This document shows positions 20,114 to 29,332 of a stretch of DNA of 64,000 nt, in pieces (position 1 is the first letter of the stretch; each line of letters starts with the position of its first letter). Both the position numbers and the translations under genes were made by a program. The notes below the pieces were generated by a model. The model was not told the origin of the DNA, did not search any database, and worked only from the letters and a program-made list of their open reading frames with translations. The DNA comes from Vicinamibacteria bacterium (GTDB lineage: Bacteria; Acidobacteriota; Vicinamibacteria; Vicinamibacterales; JAENWD01), in the NCBI GenBank assembly GCA_963828745.1, contig CAWHFZ010000019.1, positions 61,842 through 125,841 on the forward strand, written 5' to 3'.

Positions 20114-23062
20114 CTAGCGGAGGATTTTCAGGGAGATCATCGCCTCGCGGCGCGGCTGGTGCCCGTCCTCGAAGGCCATCGCGCCGCCGACCGAGAGGGT
20201 CATGTCGAGCACCGAGAGCATCGTGAACCGGAAGTCGAGCTGGGCGCCGGTGTCGATCGCCGTGCGCCGCACGGATTCGTCGTCGAGGTTCGCCGCCAGG
20301 CCCGTCACGAAGAGCGCCGGTCGCATCCAGGTGGCGTAGAAGCCGGGTTTGCCCGCGCGCTGGAAACGCCACGGCGGCAGGTTCAGCTCCACCGTCGACT
20401 TCAGATAGTTCCGGCCGCCGATCTCGTTGAGATCTGCGCCCGGGAACGCGTAGTACTCCCGGTACCGCTTCTCATCGGCGTGGTCGACGTAGTTGTTCCC
20501 GAACCCGCCGAAGAAGAAATTCGCAAAAGGCTGCGAACGATCCCTCGGCGAAAACCCGGCCGACTGGCGAAGCCAGACCGAGGAGTGACCGAGTGGCAGC
20601 GCGAACCCGCGATGGTAGTCGGCGCGGAACCGTGGGACGAACGTCCCGTCCACCTGATAGCCCTGCGCGTTCACGTTCCACTTCACGCCGGTCTCGTCGT
20701 CCACGTACCCGAGGGAATTGCGAACGTCGCTGAATCTCAGCGTCGCCTCCAGCGTCGTCAATCGGTCCACGTCGACCGGAACGTTCTGGTACTCCGGCAA
20801 ACGATCCAGGTTTCCAGAGAAGCTGCCGTCGAGATCGAGCTCCAGCCGTCTCGGCTCGTCGTAGATCAGTGTGCTCGTGTGGCCGAGCCCCAGCACGTAT
20901 CCCTTCCGGCCAACCTTGGTCGGCCCGACCAGATCGTAGAAGTCGGCGTTGTTCCACTCCGCGTAGCCACGCCAGTCATACCGTTGATACTCGGCCTTGA
21001 GGTGGACGCGTTCGCTGGAGGGGAGCTCCTGACCTGGTGTGACCGACGCGATGACGCTGGCGCGATTCAGCCGCACGGCGTCGGAAAAGTTGACACGTGC
21101 GCCGATGGCGGCGGTGTCTTTGTAGCCCTGCACGATCGGGTAAATTGATTCCAGTCGCAGATTCCCCAGCAGGCGGTATGGCTTGGTCGCCTTCTTCAAC
21201 GAGTCGTACGGAATCGCCAGCGGCGAGCCCACGTTCCAGTCGCGCACGATCGGATGCTCGTCGGAGAGCCGCTCGCCGAGGAACGTGATCGGGCTGACGT
21301 CGTCAATCGGTTTGGCGTCTATCCTGGCGGGGACGAAGCCGCGTCCCGTGAACCGGAAGACGAGCAGCTGGTCGCCGCCGAGCGGCACGGGGCGCACGAA
21401 GCCCGTCTCGGTATTGGTGACTGCGTCGAGCTTCTTGGTTTCGAGGTCATAGCGGAAGATGTTCGAGACACCCGTGTAGTAGGAGCTGCCGAAAAGGAAC
21501 CGTCCGTCCGGCGAAAACGTGAAGTTGTTCGGCACCGACGGACCGAAATCGAACGCTGCCACGGGTGTCGTGTCGCCCTTGGCGAGTGAGGCGAGGTCGA
21601 GGACACGGACGTTCTGCTTTCCCTCGACGTTGCCAAACGACGCGACGAGGCGCGTCCCGTCGCGCGTCACGTCGAGATCGTAGACGACCGTCCCGTACGG
21701 CCACGAGTACACCTGCTCCCATTGCGTATACGGCGCGCGGATCCGGACCAGCGTGCAGATGCCGTTCAAGTGACGGATGCCGAGCAGCGCCTTGTCGGCA
21801 CGGTTGTAGACGATGTCGCCGATGCGTGCGTCTTTCAGCAGCAGTTGCGTCTTGCCAGTCGCCGGATCGAGCCGTATCAGATCGCGCCAGGTATTGTTGT
21901 CGGTCGTGTAGAAGAGCATCCGCCCTTCCGGATCCCAGGCGAGCGAGGACACGATGTGCATCGCCGGGCCCTTGATCGCGACGAGACGCTCGATTGCCCC
22001 GCTGGTGGTGTCAATGGCGCCCACGTGGCTGACGACGCCGGGATAGTTGAAGGCGGCGTAGATCTTTCCGGTCTTGTCGTCGAAGAAGGCACGCGATACC
22101 GATCCAAGCGGCCGCGTCGTGACGTCGCGGTAGGGCGTGATCGGGTACTTCCGGATCGCCTCCAGGTTCGCCCGCTGGAACGCATGCTCGTCTTTTGTCC
22201 AGTCTGCCCAGGCTTCGGACAGCCCGATGCCGAATTGCTGGCGGAACGCCGAGGAATAGTAGGCGCGGCTGCCATCGCCGCGCGCCGTCCAGGCGATCAC
22301 CTTCTCCGGCGAATAGTGGCGTGCCAGCCAGGTCATGAAGCGGGTGCCGTAGAGATACGAGTTCGTCTCGAGCTGGAAGTCGATCTTCGTGCCCTCGGAG
22401 ACGAGACCGAGCGGGTCGTAGAACGGCGCGCCGTCCTTCACCATCGAGCGGAAGACCATCTCGTCGTATCCGCTCTGCGCACGCCCGAGTCCACCAGCCA
22501 TCCACGTGTCCACGAAAACAGCGATGCCCTCGTGGAACCATCGCGGCGCAGCGACGCGCGGGGCGGTCAGATAGAAGTAGAGAACGGACTCCGGCTGTTC
22601 AGCCACCGGCAGTACTTTGCCGCGAAACAGGCGCCTGAAGCCTCGGTCGCGTGCCGCCGACTGGTCCATCGTCGAGATGTGCACCAGCTCGTGATTCATG
22701 AGCGTGTTCAACCGCTCGTTGGTCGCAATCGTCTCGAAGATGTAGGCGATAGGCGCGATCTGAACCGTGACCAGATCGTTCGGCACCGTGGAGGCGCTGG
22801 CGTTGCCCTTGTCGGACAGGTCGACGAGGAGGATCGTCACGTCCTTCTTCGGATCGAATCCAAACAGCTTCTTCTGGAAGGCGAGCGAGTTCAGCGCCGT
22901 CCGCGTCGCGTGCGGGACCAGAAACGTTTCACTGCCGTCGATGAACAGCAGCCGCAGGCCCGGGGTTCGTTGTTCGGTGAGCTGCGCGATCGCAGCCGAC
23001 GGGACGAGCGCGCCAAACAGAGCGGTGATGAGAACGAAACCGACCAGCCGAAACGCACGCAT
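20114..23062 (-). CDS. Large envelope protein: HEXXH metallopeptidase-like domain, TolB-like beta-propeller and probable C-terminal beta-barrel
   Basis: Signal peptide; NHELVH and PRWFHEGIA; WDPEG and FSPDG propeller turns; alternating beta-strands at the C-terminus. Confidence 0.7.
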   Translation of the reverse strand: MRAFRLVGFVLITALFGALVPSAAIAQLTEQRTPGLRLLFIDGSETFLVPHATRTALNSLAFQKKLFGFDPKKDVTILLVDLSDKGNASASTVPNDLVTVQIAPIAYIFETIATNERLNTLMNHELVHISTMDQSAARDRGFRRLFRGKVLPVAEQPESVLYFYLTAPRVAAPRWFHEGIAVFVDTWMAGGLGRAQSGYDEMVFRSMVKDGAPFYDPLGLVSEGTKIDFQLETNSYLYGTRFMTWLARHYSPEKVIAWTARGDGSRAYYSSAFRQQFGIGLSEAWADWTKDEHAFQRANLEAIRKYPITPYRDVTTRPLGSVSRAFFDDKTGKIYAAFNYPGVVSHVGAIDTTSGAIERLVAIKGPAMHIVSSLAWDPEGRMLFYTTDNNTWRDLIRLDPATGKTQLLLKDARIGDIVYNRADKALLGIRHLNGICTLVRIRAPYTQWEQVYSWPYGTVVYDLDVTRDGTRLVASFGNVEGKQNVRVLDLASLAKGDTTPVAAFDFGPSVPNNFTFSPDGRFLFGSSYYTGVSNIFRYDLETKKLDAVTNTETGFVRPVPLGGDQLLVFRFTGRGFVPARIDAKPIDDVSPITFLGERLSDEHPIVRDWNVGSPLAIPYDSLKKATKPYRLLGNLRLESIYPIVQGYKDTAAIGARVNFSDAVRLNRASVIASVTPGQELPSSERVHLKAEYQRYDWRGYAEWNNADFYDLVGPTKVGRKGYVLGLGHTSTLIYDEPRRLELDLDGSFSGNLDRLPEYQNVPVDVDRLTTLEATLRFSDVRNSLGYVDDETGVKWNVNAQGYQVDGTFVPRFRADYHRGFALPLGHSSVWLRQSAGFSPRDRSQPFANFFFGGFGNNYVDHADEKRYREYYAFPGADLNEIGGRNYLKSTVELNLPPWRFQRAGKPGFYATWMRPALFVTGLAANLDDESVRRTAIDTGAQLDFRFTMLSVLDMTLSVGGAMAFEDGHQPRREAMISLKILR

Positions 23063-23121
23063 CAATAGCCGAGGTGGGCATGCTATCACTGTCAGGAAGG
23101 GCGTCGGGCATCCGTACAGGC

Positions 23122-23160
23122 AAAGTCCGGACGCCCTCGCTTGCTGGAGGACGTCCGGAC
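23122..23160 (-). terminator. Hairpin (possible terminator or attenuator) downstream of the repeat anti-sigma gene
   Basis: Minus strand GTCCGGACGTCCTC-8 nt-GAGGGCGTCCGGAC followed by TTT. Confidence 0.5.
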
Positions 23161-23230
23161 CCGCCGGCCTGACAACCGGCAATGACGGGGAGCGTTGGCG
23201 CCAGCGCGGCGCCGCACGGTGGTCAGGCGA

Positions 23231-24577
23231 CTACTGTTCGCCCTTCTGCAGCCCGGCGTCCCCGAACTTCGACTGGGCGAGCGCCGACGCGAAGCCCGGG
23301 CTGGCGAGTGCGGCCGCAACGCCCGGGTTGTTGGCGAGTGCGGCTGCGAGCGACGGGTTCGCGAGCGCCGCCGCGACACCGGGGCTCGCGAGCGCTGAAG
23401 CGAATGAGGAGTTCGCGAGTGCTGCGGCCATTCCTGGACTCGCGAGCGCTTTGGCGAAGGCCTCGTTCTGGAGCGCGGTCGCGAATCCCTGATTCGCGAG
23501 GGCGGCAGCCACCCCGGGTTGAGCGAGGGCTGCCGCGACCCCAGGGCTGGCGAGCATGTTGCGGAAATCGGCGTTCATGAACGCCTTGGCGAATGCCGGA
23601 TTGTTCAGTGCCTGCGCGAGACCCGTATCGCCGATCGCCTTGAACGCCTGGCTCTGCATCACCGCTCCCGGCGATGCCTTGGCGAGGGCGTTGGTGAGGC
23701 CCTGGCTGCCGAGCGCGGCCGCGACGCCGGGGCTGGCCAAAGCTGCGGCGAGCTGCGGCGAGCCGAGCGCCTGCGCGAACCCGGGACTCGAGAGCGCGAC
23801 GCGGAGGCTCGGGCTGGCCGCCAGGGCACCGGCAAGGCCCGGCGCATTCAGTGCCGCAGCCAGCTGCGGCTGGGCGAGCGCGGCCGCGACGCCGGGGCTG
23901 GCGAGGGCGGCCGCGACACCAGGACTGGCGAGCGCGGCTGCCACACCGGGACTCGCGAGCGCGGCTGCGACACCAGGGCTCGCCAGCGCCTGACGCACGT
24001 CCTTGTTCGCCAGCGCCTGGCGCACCTTCTCGTCGCGCATCATCTGCTCGAACACCGGGGTCTGGATGAACTCCTGAGCGCTGGTGTCGCCGAGCGCGAC
24101 GTCGGTGTCGCGAATCTGGCTCGCCGAGTAGCGCTTGGCGGCGCCGACCGTGCCCTCGGTGCCCTCCTTCGGCGGAAGGATGCCGGTGTAATTGAGCACG
24201 GCGAGCGCAATTACGGCGGCAGCAGCGAGCCCCCACATCATTTTCTTGCCCATCACGATTCCTCCATCCGCCCGCGCCCCCGAATGAGCTGCGCGACTTG
24301 TGTTCGATTCGAACGTTGCGATGCGTGCGTTGTGTGCCGCCGGCGCGCTCACGGTATGCGTGGCGATGGCGGAGAGGATCTGGTCGGTCATGCCCGCCGG
24401 CGGATCGACGTCGCCCAGGGCGTCGATCATCTCGGCGAGCGCATCGATTTCGGCGGCCCTCAGCCGGACGTCACGGTCGGTGGCCAGCAGGCGTTTCAGC
24501 TCGGCGCCTTCGGCGTCGGTCAACGTGCCGTCGACCCGCGCCTGCAGCAGCGATTCGATCTCGGGACGGACACTCAT
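23231..24577 (-). CDS. Putative anti-sigma factor: N-terminal helical domain, one TM, extracytoplasmic nonapeptide-repeat domain
   Basis: ATGA overlap with ECF sigma stop; LLQARVDGTL..L..LL N-terminus; TM WGLAAAAVIALAVL; ~28 ALASPGVAA-like repeats. Confidence 0.75.
   Translation of the reverse strand: MSVRPEIESLLQARVDGTLTDAEGAELKRLLATDRDVRLRAAEIDALAEMIDALGDVDPPAGMTDQILSAIATHTVSAPAAHNARIATFESNTSRAAHSGARADGGIVMGKKMMWGLAAAAVIALAVLNYTGILPPKEGTEGTVGAAKRYSASQIRDTDVALGDTSAQEFIQTPVFEQMMRDEKVRQALANKDVRQALASPGVAAALASPGVAAALASPGVAAALASPGVAAALAQPQLAAALNAPGLAGALAASPSLRVALSSPGFAQALGSPQLAAALASPGVAAALGSQGLTNALAKASPGAVMQSQAFKAIGDTGLAQALNNPAFAKAFMNADFRNMLASPGVAAALAQPGVAAALANQGFATALQNEAFAKALASPGMAAALANSSFASALASPGVAAALANPSLAAALANNPGVAAALASPGFASALAQSKFGDAGLQKGEQ
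23255..24020 (-). repeat. Coding 27-bp tandem repeat (ALASPGVAA consensus)
   Basis: About 28 units; identical peptide copies use different synonymous codons. Confidence 0.9.
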
Positions 24578-25119
24578 TGCGTCCTCCAGCCAAGCAGCCG
24601 TTCGCCTAGACGCTGACGCGCCGTATGCAGCCGTGACTTGACCGTCTTCGAGGGGACCCCGAGCGCTGCGGCCATCTCGTCGTACGACAGGCCGGCAAAA
24701 TGGCGTAGCACGACGACGGCGCGATAGTCGGGAGAGAGTTGAAGGAGCGCCGCCTGGACCTGCACCTGCCGCTCGCGCACGACGGCGGTATCGAACGGGC
24801 CGCCGGCGGCAGCCAGCGACGGCGTCAGGGCTTCCTCGGGATGGCGATCCCGAATCAGGTTCAGGCACTCGTTCATCACGATCCGGTACATCCAGCTGAA
24901 AAACCTGCGCTCGGGATTGAAGGTCGCCAACCGCTCGAACGCCCTGAGGAATGAGGTCTGCACGGCGTCCCTGGCGTCATCCTGATTGCCGAGCATTCTG
25001 TAAGCCACTGTGTAGAGGACCCGCTGATAGCGTTCGACCAGGACTGCGAAGCCGGCGGCGTCGCCCTGCACTGATCGGGCGACCAACGTCGCGTCTTCAG
25101 CGTCCTGGGTGAAATACAC
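24574..25119 (-). CDS. ECF RNA polymerase sigma factor
   Basis: DATLVARS..GD..F..LVERY, DARDAVQTSF, FFSWMYRI, LSYDEMA..TVKSRLHTAR; start uncertain (GTG 25119). Confidence 0.93.
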   Translation of the reverse strand: MYFTQDAEDATLVARSVQGDAAGFAVLVERYQRVLYTVAYRMLGNQDDARDAVQTSFLRAFERLATFNPERRFFSWMYRIVMNECLNLIRDRHPEEALTPSLAAAGGPFDTAVVRERQVQVQAALLQLSPDYRAVVVLRHFAGLSYDEMAAALGVPSKTVKSRLHTARQRLGERLLGWRTQ

Positions 25120-25244
25120 GTGGGCCGTCAAAAAGTTGGTGGGGAATCTTTCGTAGGGCACTCTAGCACAGCAAAACGGGGGTGCTATAGTGCCCGTCCG
25201 GTGGCCGGGCGGCTGGTCGGACCGCCTTGTATCAATCGGGACTC

Positions 25245-25601
25245 ATGGCGAGGACAGAGGGACGAAACAGCGTCCAGGCGTGGCGGTTCGCCGCGACGTC
25301 CACCGTCGAGGATGGTGAGACCGTCCTGAAGGTGGAAGGTCGGATCGGCCACCACGGGGCGACCCTGCTGCGGAAGGCAGGAGAGCGGATCCTCGAGCGT
25401 GGCGTCAAAAGTTTGGCGCTCGATCTGAGCGGCGTGGACTACATGAGCAGTGCCGGCCTGCGGGCAATCGACGACCTCGCGGCGAGTCTCGAAGAGCAAT
25501 CAGGCAGCCTGCGCGTGATCGATCCGACCGATCCGGTCAGGTTAGTGCTGGACCTCTCCGGACTCGCCGAACGCCTGAAGAACACGCGACAGCGACAGTA
25601 G
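25245..25601 (+). CDS. STAS-domain anti-sigma factor antagonist
   Basis: VLKVEGRI, LDLSGVDYMSSAGLR, VRLVLDLSGL. Confidence 0.85.
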   Translation: MARTEGRNSVQAWRFAATSTVEDGETVLKVEGRIGHHGATLLRKAGERILERGVKSLALDLSGVDYMSSAGLRAIDDLAASLEEQSGSLRVIDPTDPVRLVLDLSGLAERLKNTRQRQ

Positions 25602-25621
25602 GGCCGGCCTTAGTCCGGCCC
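25598..25621 (+). repeat. GTAG-type REP-like palindrome
   Basis: GTAG-GGCCGG-CCTTAGT-CCGGCCC; its TAG is the STAS stop codon. Confidence 0.55.
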
Positions 25622-25629
25622 TCCTGCAT

Positions 25630-26706
25630 TCACGCCCAAACCCGGCGCAAGAACCCGATGAAGTTGCCGTGGGCGATGTTCTGGATATCGCCGGGCGCGT
25701 AACCGCGCTCGGCGAGCAGCGTGGGGATCCGCGCCAAATCCGCGATCGTCGTCAGATCCACGGCTGTCTGCTCGCGGCCGTATGCGCCGTCGAGATCGCT
25801 GCCGATGCCGACGTGGCTCGCGTTGCCCGCCACCTGGCAGATGTGGTCGATGTGGTCGATCACATGGCGCAGCGTGACGCCCATGCGCTCGGGCGTGCTC
25901 TCGCCGCGGCGCCAGTCGGGCACGAGCATCCAGGCATCCAGCGCAACGCCGATGACGGCGCCGCGGGCGACGAGCGCGCGAATCTGATCGTCGCTGAACT
26001 GCCGGTTGTGCGGCACGAGGACGCGGCTGTTGGAGTGGCTTGCCCAGACTGGACCGCGAAAAGCGTCGAGCGCCTCCCAGAAGCTGTCATCGCAAAGGTG
26101 CGTGGCATCAAGGATCAGGCCGAGACGGTCCATCTCCGCCAGGAGCGCTCGTCCCTTTGCGCCGATGCCGCCCGAGGCGTCGGTGCCCTGCGCGTAGGTG
26201 CCCGGTCCGTAGTGCGCCGGACCGACCGCGCGCAGTCCGTCGCCGTACGCCCGCTCGAGGTGTGTCAGCGTCACGATCGAGTCCGCGCCTTCGAGGCTCA
26301 GGACGTAGCCGATCGGCAGTGTGTCCCGTTCAGTGTCGGTGGCGTCTGTCCACCGTGCCAGGTGCCGGTCGAGCTCGTCACGCGACGTGATCGCGGCCAT
26401 CTCGCCGCGACGCTCCATCTCGCGGTACCAGAGGCGCTGCGCCTGCGTCATCGACCACGCCTGCTCCGGCGAGTGCCATCCCGGCAGGGCGTTGGTCTGC
26501 TTCACGTAACGCGCGATCTGTGTGGCGACGCAGACGCCGATGCCTCCGCGCCGCATCTCGGCGAAGCTGACCGTCCCCAGGCGCCGGTCGGGACGATCGT
26601 GCATGTGCGCCTCGCGCGCGCGGATCTCATCGACCGGACGAGACAGATCGCGGTTCCACTCGATGGCGTTCATGGCGAGGTCGAGATGCGCGTCGAACAG
26701 AAGCAT
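25630..26706 (-). CDS. Membrane dipeptidase family (M19) amidohydrolase
   Basis: DAHLD, LEGAD, DATH, ASHSN, GIGSDLDG, GNFIGFL. Confidence 0.9.
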   Translation of the reverse strand: MLLFDAHLDLAMNAIEWNRDLSRPVDEIRAREAHMHDRPDRRLGTVSFAEMRRGGIGVCVATQIARYVKQTNALPGWHSPEQAWSMTQAQRLWYREMERRGEMAAITSRDELDRHLARWTDATDTERDTLPIGYVLSLEGADSIVTLTHLERAYGDGLRAVGPAHYGPGTYAQGTDASGGIGAKGRALLAEMDRLGLILDATHLCDDSFWEALDAFRGPVWASHSNSRVLVPHNRQFSDDQIRALVARGAVIGVALDAWMLVPDWRRGESTPERMGVTLRHVIDHIDHICQVAGNASHVGIGSDLDGAYGREQTAVDLTTIADLARIPTLLAERGYAPGDIQNIAHGNFIGFLRRVWA

Positions 26707-26712
26707 GTGGGT

Positions 26713-26828
26713 GGTCTCAGGGTCTCAGGGTCGCAGGGTCGCAGGGTCGCAGGGTCGCAGGGTCGAAAGGTCGAAAGGTCGAAAGGTCGAAAGGTCGAAA
26801 GGTCGAAAGGTCGAAAGGTCGAAAGGTC
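26713..26828. repeat. Graded 8-bp tandem repeat
   Basis: GGTCTCAG x2, GGTCGCAG x4, GGTCGAAA x8, then GGTC; fills the GntP-dipeptidase spacer. Confidence 0.97.
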
Positions 26829-28164
26829 ATAAGGCGTTCAGCAGCAGGGCCGCGCAGAGGCCCGTGACGGAGATGATTGTCTCGATCACCGTCCACGATC
26901 GCAACGTCTGGGCGACGTCGAGGCCGAGAAATTCCTTGACGAGCCAGAAGCCGCCGTCGTTGACATGAGACGCGACGATCGATCCGGCACCGATCGCGAC
27001 GACGAGCAGGTCACGGCTCGTCGCCGGGTCCGCAGCGGCGATTGGCGCCATCAGGCTCGCCGCGGTCGTGGCGGCCACGGTGGCCGAGCCCACGGCCACG
27101 CGCAGCAACCCGGCAAGGATCCACGCGGCAACGAGCGTCGGGACGTGTAATCCGGACGCCGCGACAGCGATCGCCTGGCCAACACCAGCCTGTTCGAGGA
27201 CGCGTCCAAACCCGCCGCCGGCGCCGACGATGAGCAGCACGCTCGCAATCGGCATCAATGACTCCTCGACGAAGCGAAGAATCGTCGTCAGCGGAAAGCC
27301 GCAGTTCGTGCCGAAAACGCGGAGTGCGACGAGCGTCGCGATCAGCATCGCCACCGACGGGCTGCCGAGGAAATCGATCCATCGCCTGGCCGTCGACTCC
27401 GCGCCCAGGCCGGCATCAGCGACCGTCGCAGAGAGCATCAGCAACACCGGCAGCAGGATCGTCACGGCGCTGGTCACGAACCGCGGCCGTCGAGTCGCCT
27501 CACTCTTGCGCTCGGCCATCGGTGCCGCTGGCGCGGCCGGAGATCCTGGACGAAGCAGTCGCACCGCTATCGGGCCGCCAAGAATCGTCGCTGGAATGGC
27601 GCAAAGGATGGCGAACACGATGGTGCGGCCGGTGTCGGCGCCAAGGCGCTCGATCGCGGCGAGCGGGCCGGGATGTGGTGGCACCAGGCCGTGCGACGCC
27701 GAGAGGCCCGCGACGAGCGGGAACGCCAGTGTCAGGAGCGGCCGGCCGGACGTTGCGGCGAGACCGGTGACGATCGGAAAGAGCAGCACCAGACCGACGC
27801 TGAAGAAGACGGGGAGCCCGATCACCAGGCCCAGTGCTGCGACCACCCACGGCAACGCACGAATGCCGACGGCGTTGACCACGGTCGTCGCGACGACCTG
27901 CGCCGCGCCCGATTCCGCGAGGAGCTTTCCGAAGATGCTTCCGAGGCCGATGACGACGGCAATGAAGCCCAGCGTGGCGCCGACGCCGTCCTGGAATGCG
28001 CGCACGGCAGTTGCCGGCGCCATCCCGGCCATGAGGCCGAGGGCAAGAGAGACGACCGTGATCGAAAGGAAGGCGTGCAGCCGAACGCGGGCGATCAACA
28101 CGACGATCGCCACCACGGCGAGGAACGCCAGGAGTGGGAGGCGCACCGCGTCCGGGGCAGGCAT
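26827..28164 (-). CDS. GntP family gluconate/H+ symporter-like permease
   Basis: HGLVPPHPGP, GAGGGF, GSATVA, SHVNDGGFW motifs. Confidence 0.92.
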   Translation of the reverse strand: MPAPDAVRLPLLAFLAVVAIVVLIARVRLHAFLSITVVSLALGLMAGMAPATAVRAFQDGVGATLGFIAVVIGLGSIFGKLLAESGAAQVVATTVVNAVGIRALPWVVAALGLVIGLPVFFSVGLVLLFPIVTGLAATSGRPLLTLAFPLVAGLSASHGLVPPHPGPLAAIERLGADTGRTIVFAILCAIPATILGGPIAVRLLRPGSPAAPAAPMAERKSEATRRPRFVTSAVTILLPVLLMLSATVADAGLGAESTARRWIDFLGSPSVAMLIATLVALRVFGTNCGFPLTTILRFVEESLMPIASVLLIVGAGGGFGRVLEQAGVGQAIAVAASGLHVPTLVAAWILAGLLRVAVGSATVAATTAASLMAPIAAADPATSRDLLVVAIGAGSIVASHVNDGGFWLVKEFLGLDVAQTLRSWTVIETIISVTGLCAALLLNAL

Positions 28165-28173
28165 GACGGGGGG

Positions 28174-29331
28174 TTAGATCGTCAGGCGGCGCTCTCGCGC
28201 GGTGATCCGCCAGCGATCCGCCGCGTGGCCATCACGAACGACGACGGCTTCGCTATGCAGCGCCACCGTCGGGCATACGTGCCACGGGATGCCGTAGAGC
28301 ACGTCGCCAACCGCCAGCGACGCCGCGTCGGGCGATTCGAAGACGAGATGCTCCTCGCTGTGGCCGACGAACGTCGTCTCGAGGATGGGCGCGCCGAGGA
28401 CATTGGCGTTCGACGCACGATCGATCGTCGAAGGGCGGATCAACAGCACGCGCGGATGCGGCCCTTCCGAGGCGATGGCCTTGTGCCCGAGGTCCACGCA
28501 GACACGATGATCGCCAGGTTTGCTGACGACGCGCGTGAGGACGAGCGCCGCCCCCAGGAAATCCAGATCCGGCAATTGCGTCGCGTAACCGGCGTCCCAC
28601 AGCACCGACGTTCCCGGGCTGAGATCGACGCCCGCCCGGCGCGCGTGCACCGGGAACGTCGGGGTGCCGCCGGCCACGACCGCCGGCACCGGCAGCCCTT
28701 CGTCGAGCAGTGCGCGGTGCAGCGCAGCCACCGGTGCGAATGCTTCATCGACATGCGACGTCCGGACGGCAAGATCGCGATCGCGCAGGTGGCCGTCGTA
28801 GGCGTGCAAGCCGCGTGGGACGATGCCGCGGAGCGTTGCCACGCGCCGATACAGCTGCAGGGCCTCGGCGCCGGGGGGTACGCCTGTCCGGTGCATGCCG
28901 ATGTCGAGATCGACCCAGAGTCCCAGCGCAAGGCCGGCCTGCTCCGCTGCCTCCGACACTCGGACCGCCGCCATCTCATCGTCCACGATCGCCGAAACAC
29001 TGACATTCGGAAACGTGCGGGCGAGTTCGACGAGACGGCGGACATTCGGCCCGACCGGCTGGTACGCGAGAAGGACGTCCGTGGCGCCGGCCCGCGCCAC
29101 CATCTCGGCTTCCGCGATCGTGGCGCATTTGAATCGGCGGATGCCGCGCGCGACATGGGCGTCCACGAGCGGCGCCAGCTTGTGCGTCTTCATGTGCGGT
29201 CGCAGCCGCTCGACGTCGCCGGCGATCGCGATCATGCGGCGCACGTTCTCGTCCGCCCGATCGGGATAGATCACGAGGGCGGGCGAGGCGACGTCGGCGA
29301 CCTCTGCAATCGCCCACCAGTTGTCAGGCAC
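28174..29331 (-). CDS. PLP-dependent alanine-racemase-fold enzyme (D-threonine aldolase/DSD1 family)
   Basis: RPHMKTHK, GMHRTG, YDGH, GGTPT, DLGHK, SEEH, HVCPT. Confidence 0.9.
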   Translation of the reverse strand: MPDNWWAIAEVADVASPALVIYPDRADENVRRMIAIAGDVERLRPHMKTHKLAPLVDAHVARGIRRFKCATIAEAEMVARAGATDVLLAYQPVGPNVRRLVELARTFPNVSVSAIVDDEMAAVRVSEAAEQAGLALGLWVDLDIGMHRTGVPPGAEALQLYRRVATLRGIVPRGLHAYDGHLRDRDLAVRTSHVDEAFAPVAALHRALLDEGLPVPAVVAGGTPTFPVHARRAGVDLSPGTSVLWDAGYATQLPDLDFLGAALVLTRVVSKPGDHRVCVDLGHKAIASEGPHPRVLLIRPSTIDRASNANVLGAPILETTFVGHSEEHLVFESPDAASLAVGDVLYGIPWHVCPTVALHSEAVVVRDGHAADRWRITARERRLTI

Positions 29332-29332
29332 G

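Noticed and set aside
23231-24020. Repeat protein as a multicore RiPP precursor
   Set aside because: No modifying enzymes nearby, and topology plus sigma coupling fit an anti-sigma better; peptide release is kept only as a side hypothesis
25112-25140. AAC...CGT motif as the promoter of the first ECF
   Set aside because: AAC-CGT spacing is only 14 nt, it overlaps the likely start codon, and no convincing second copy was found
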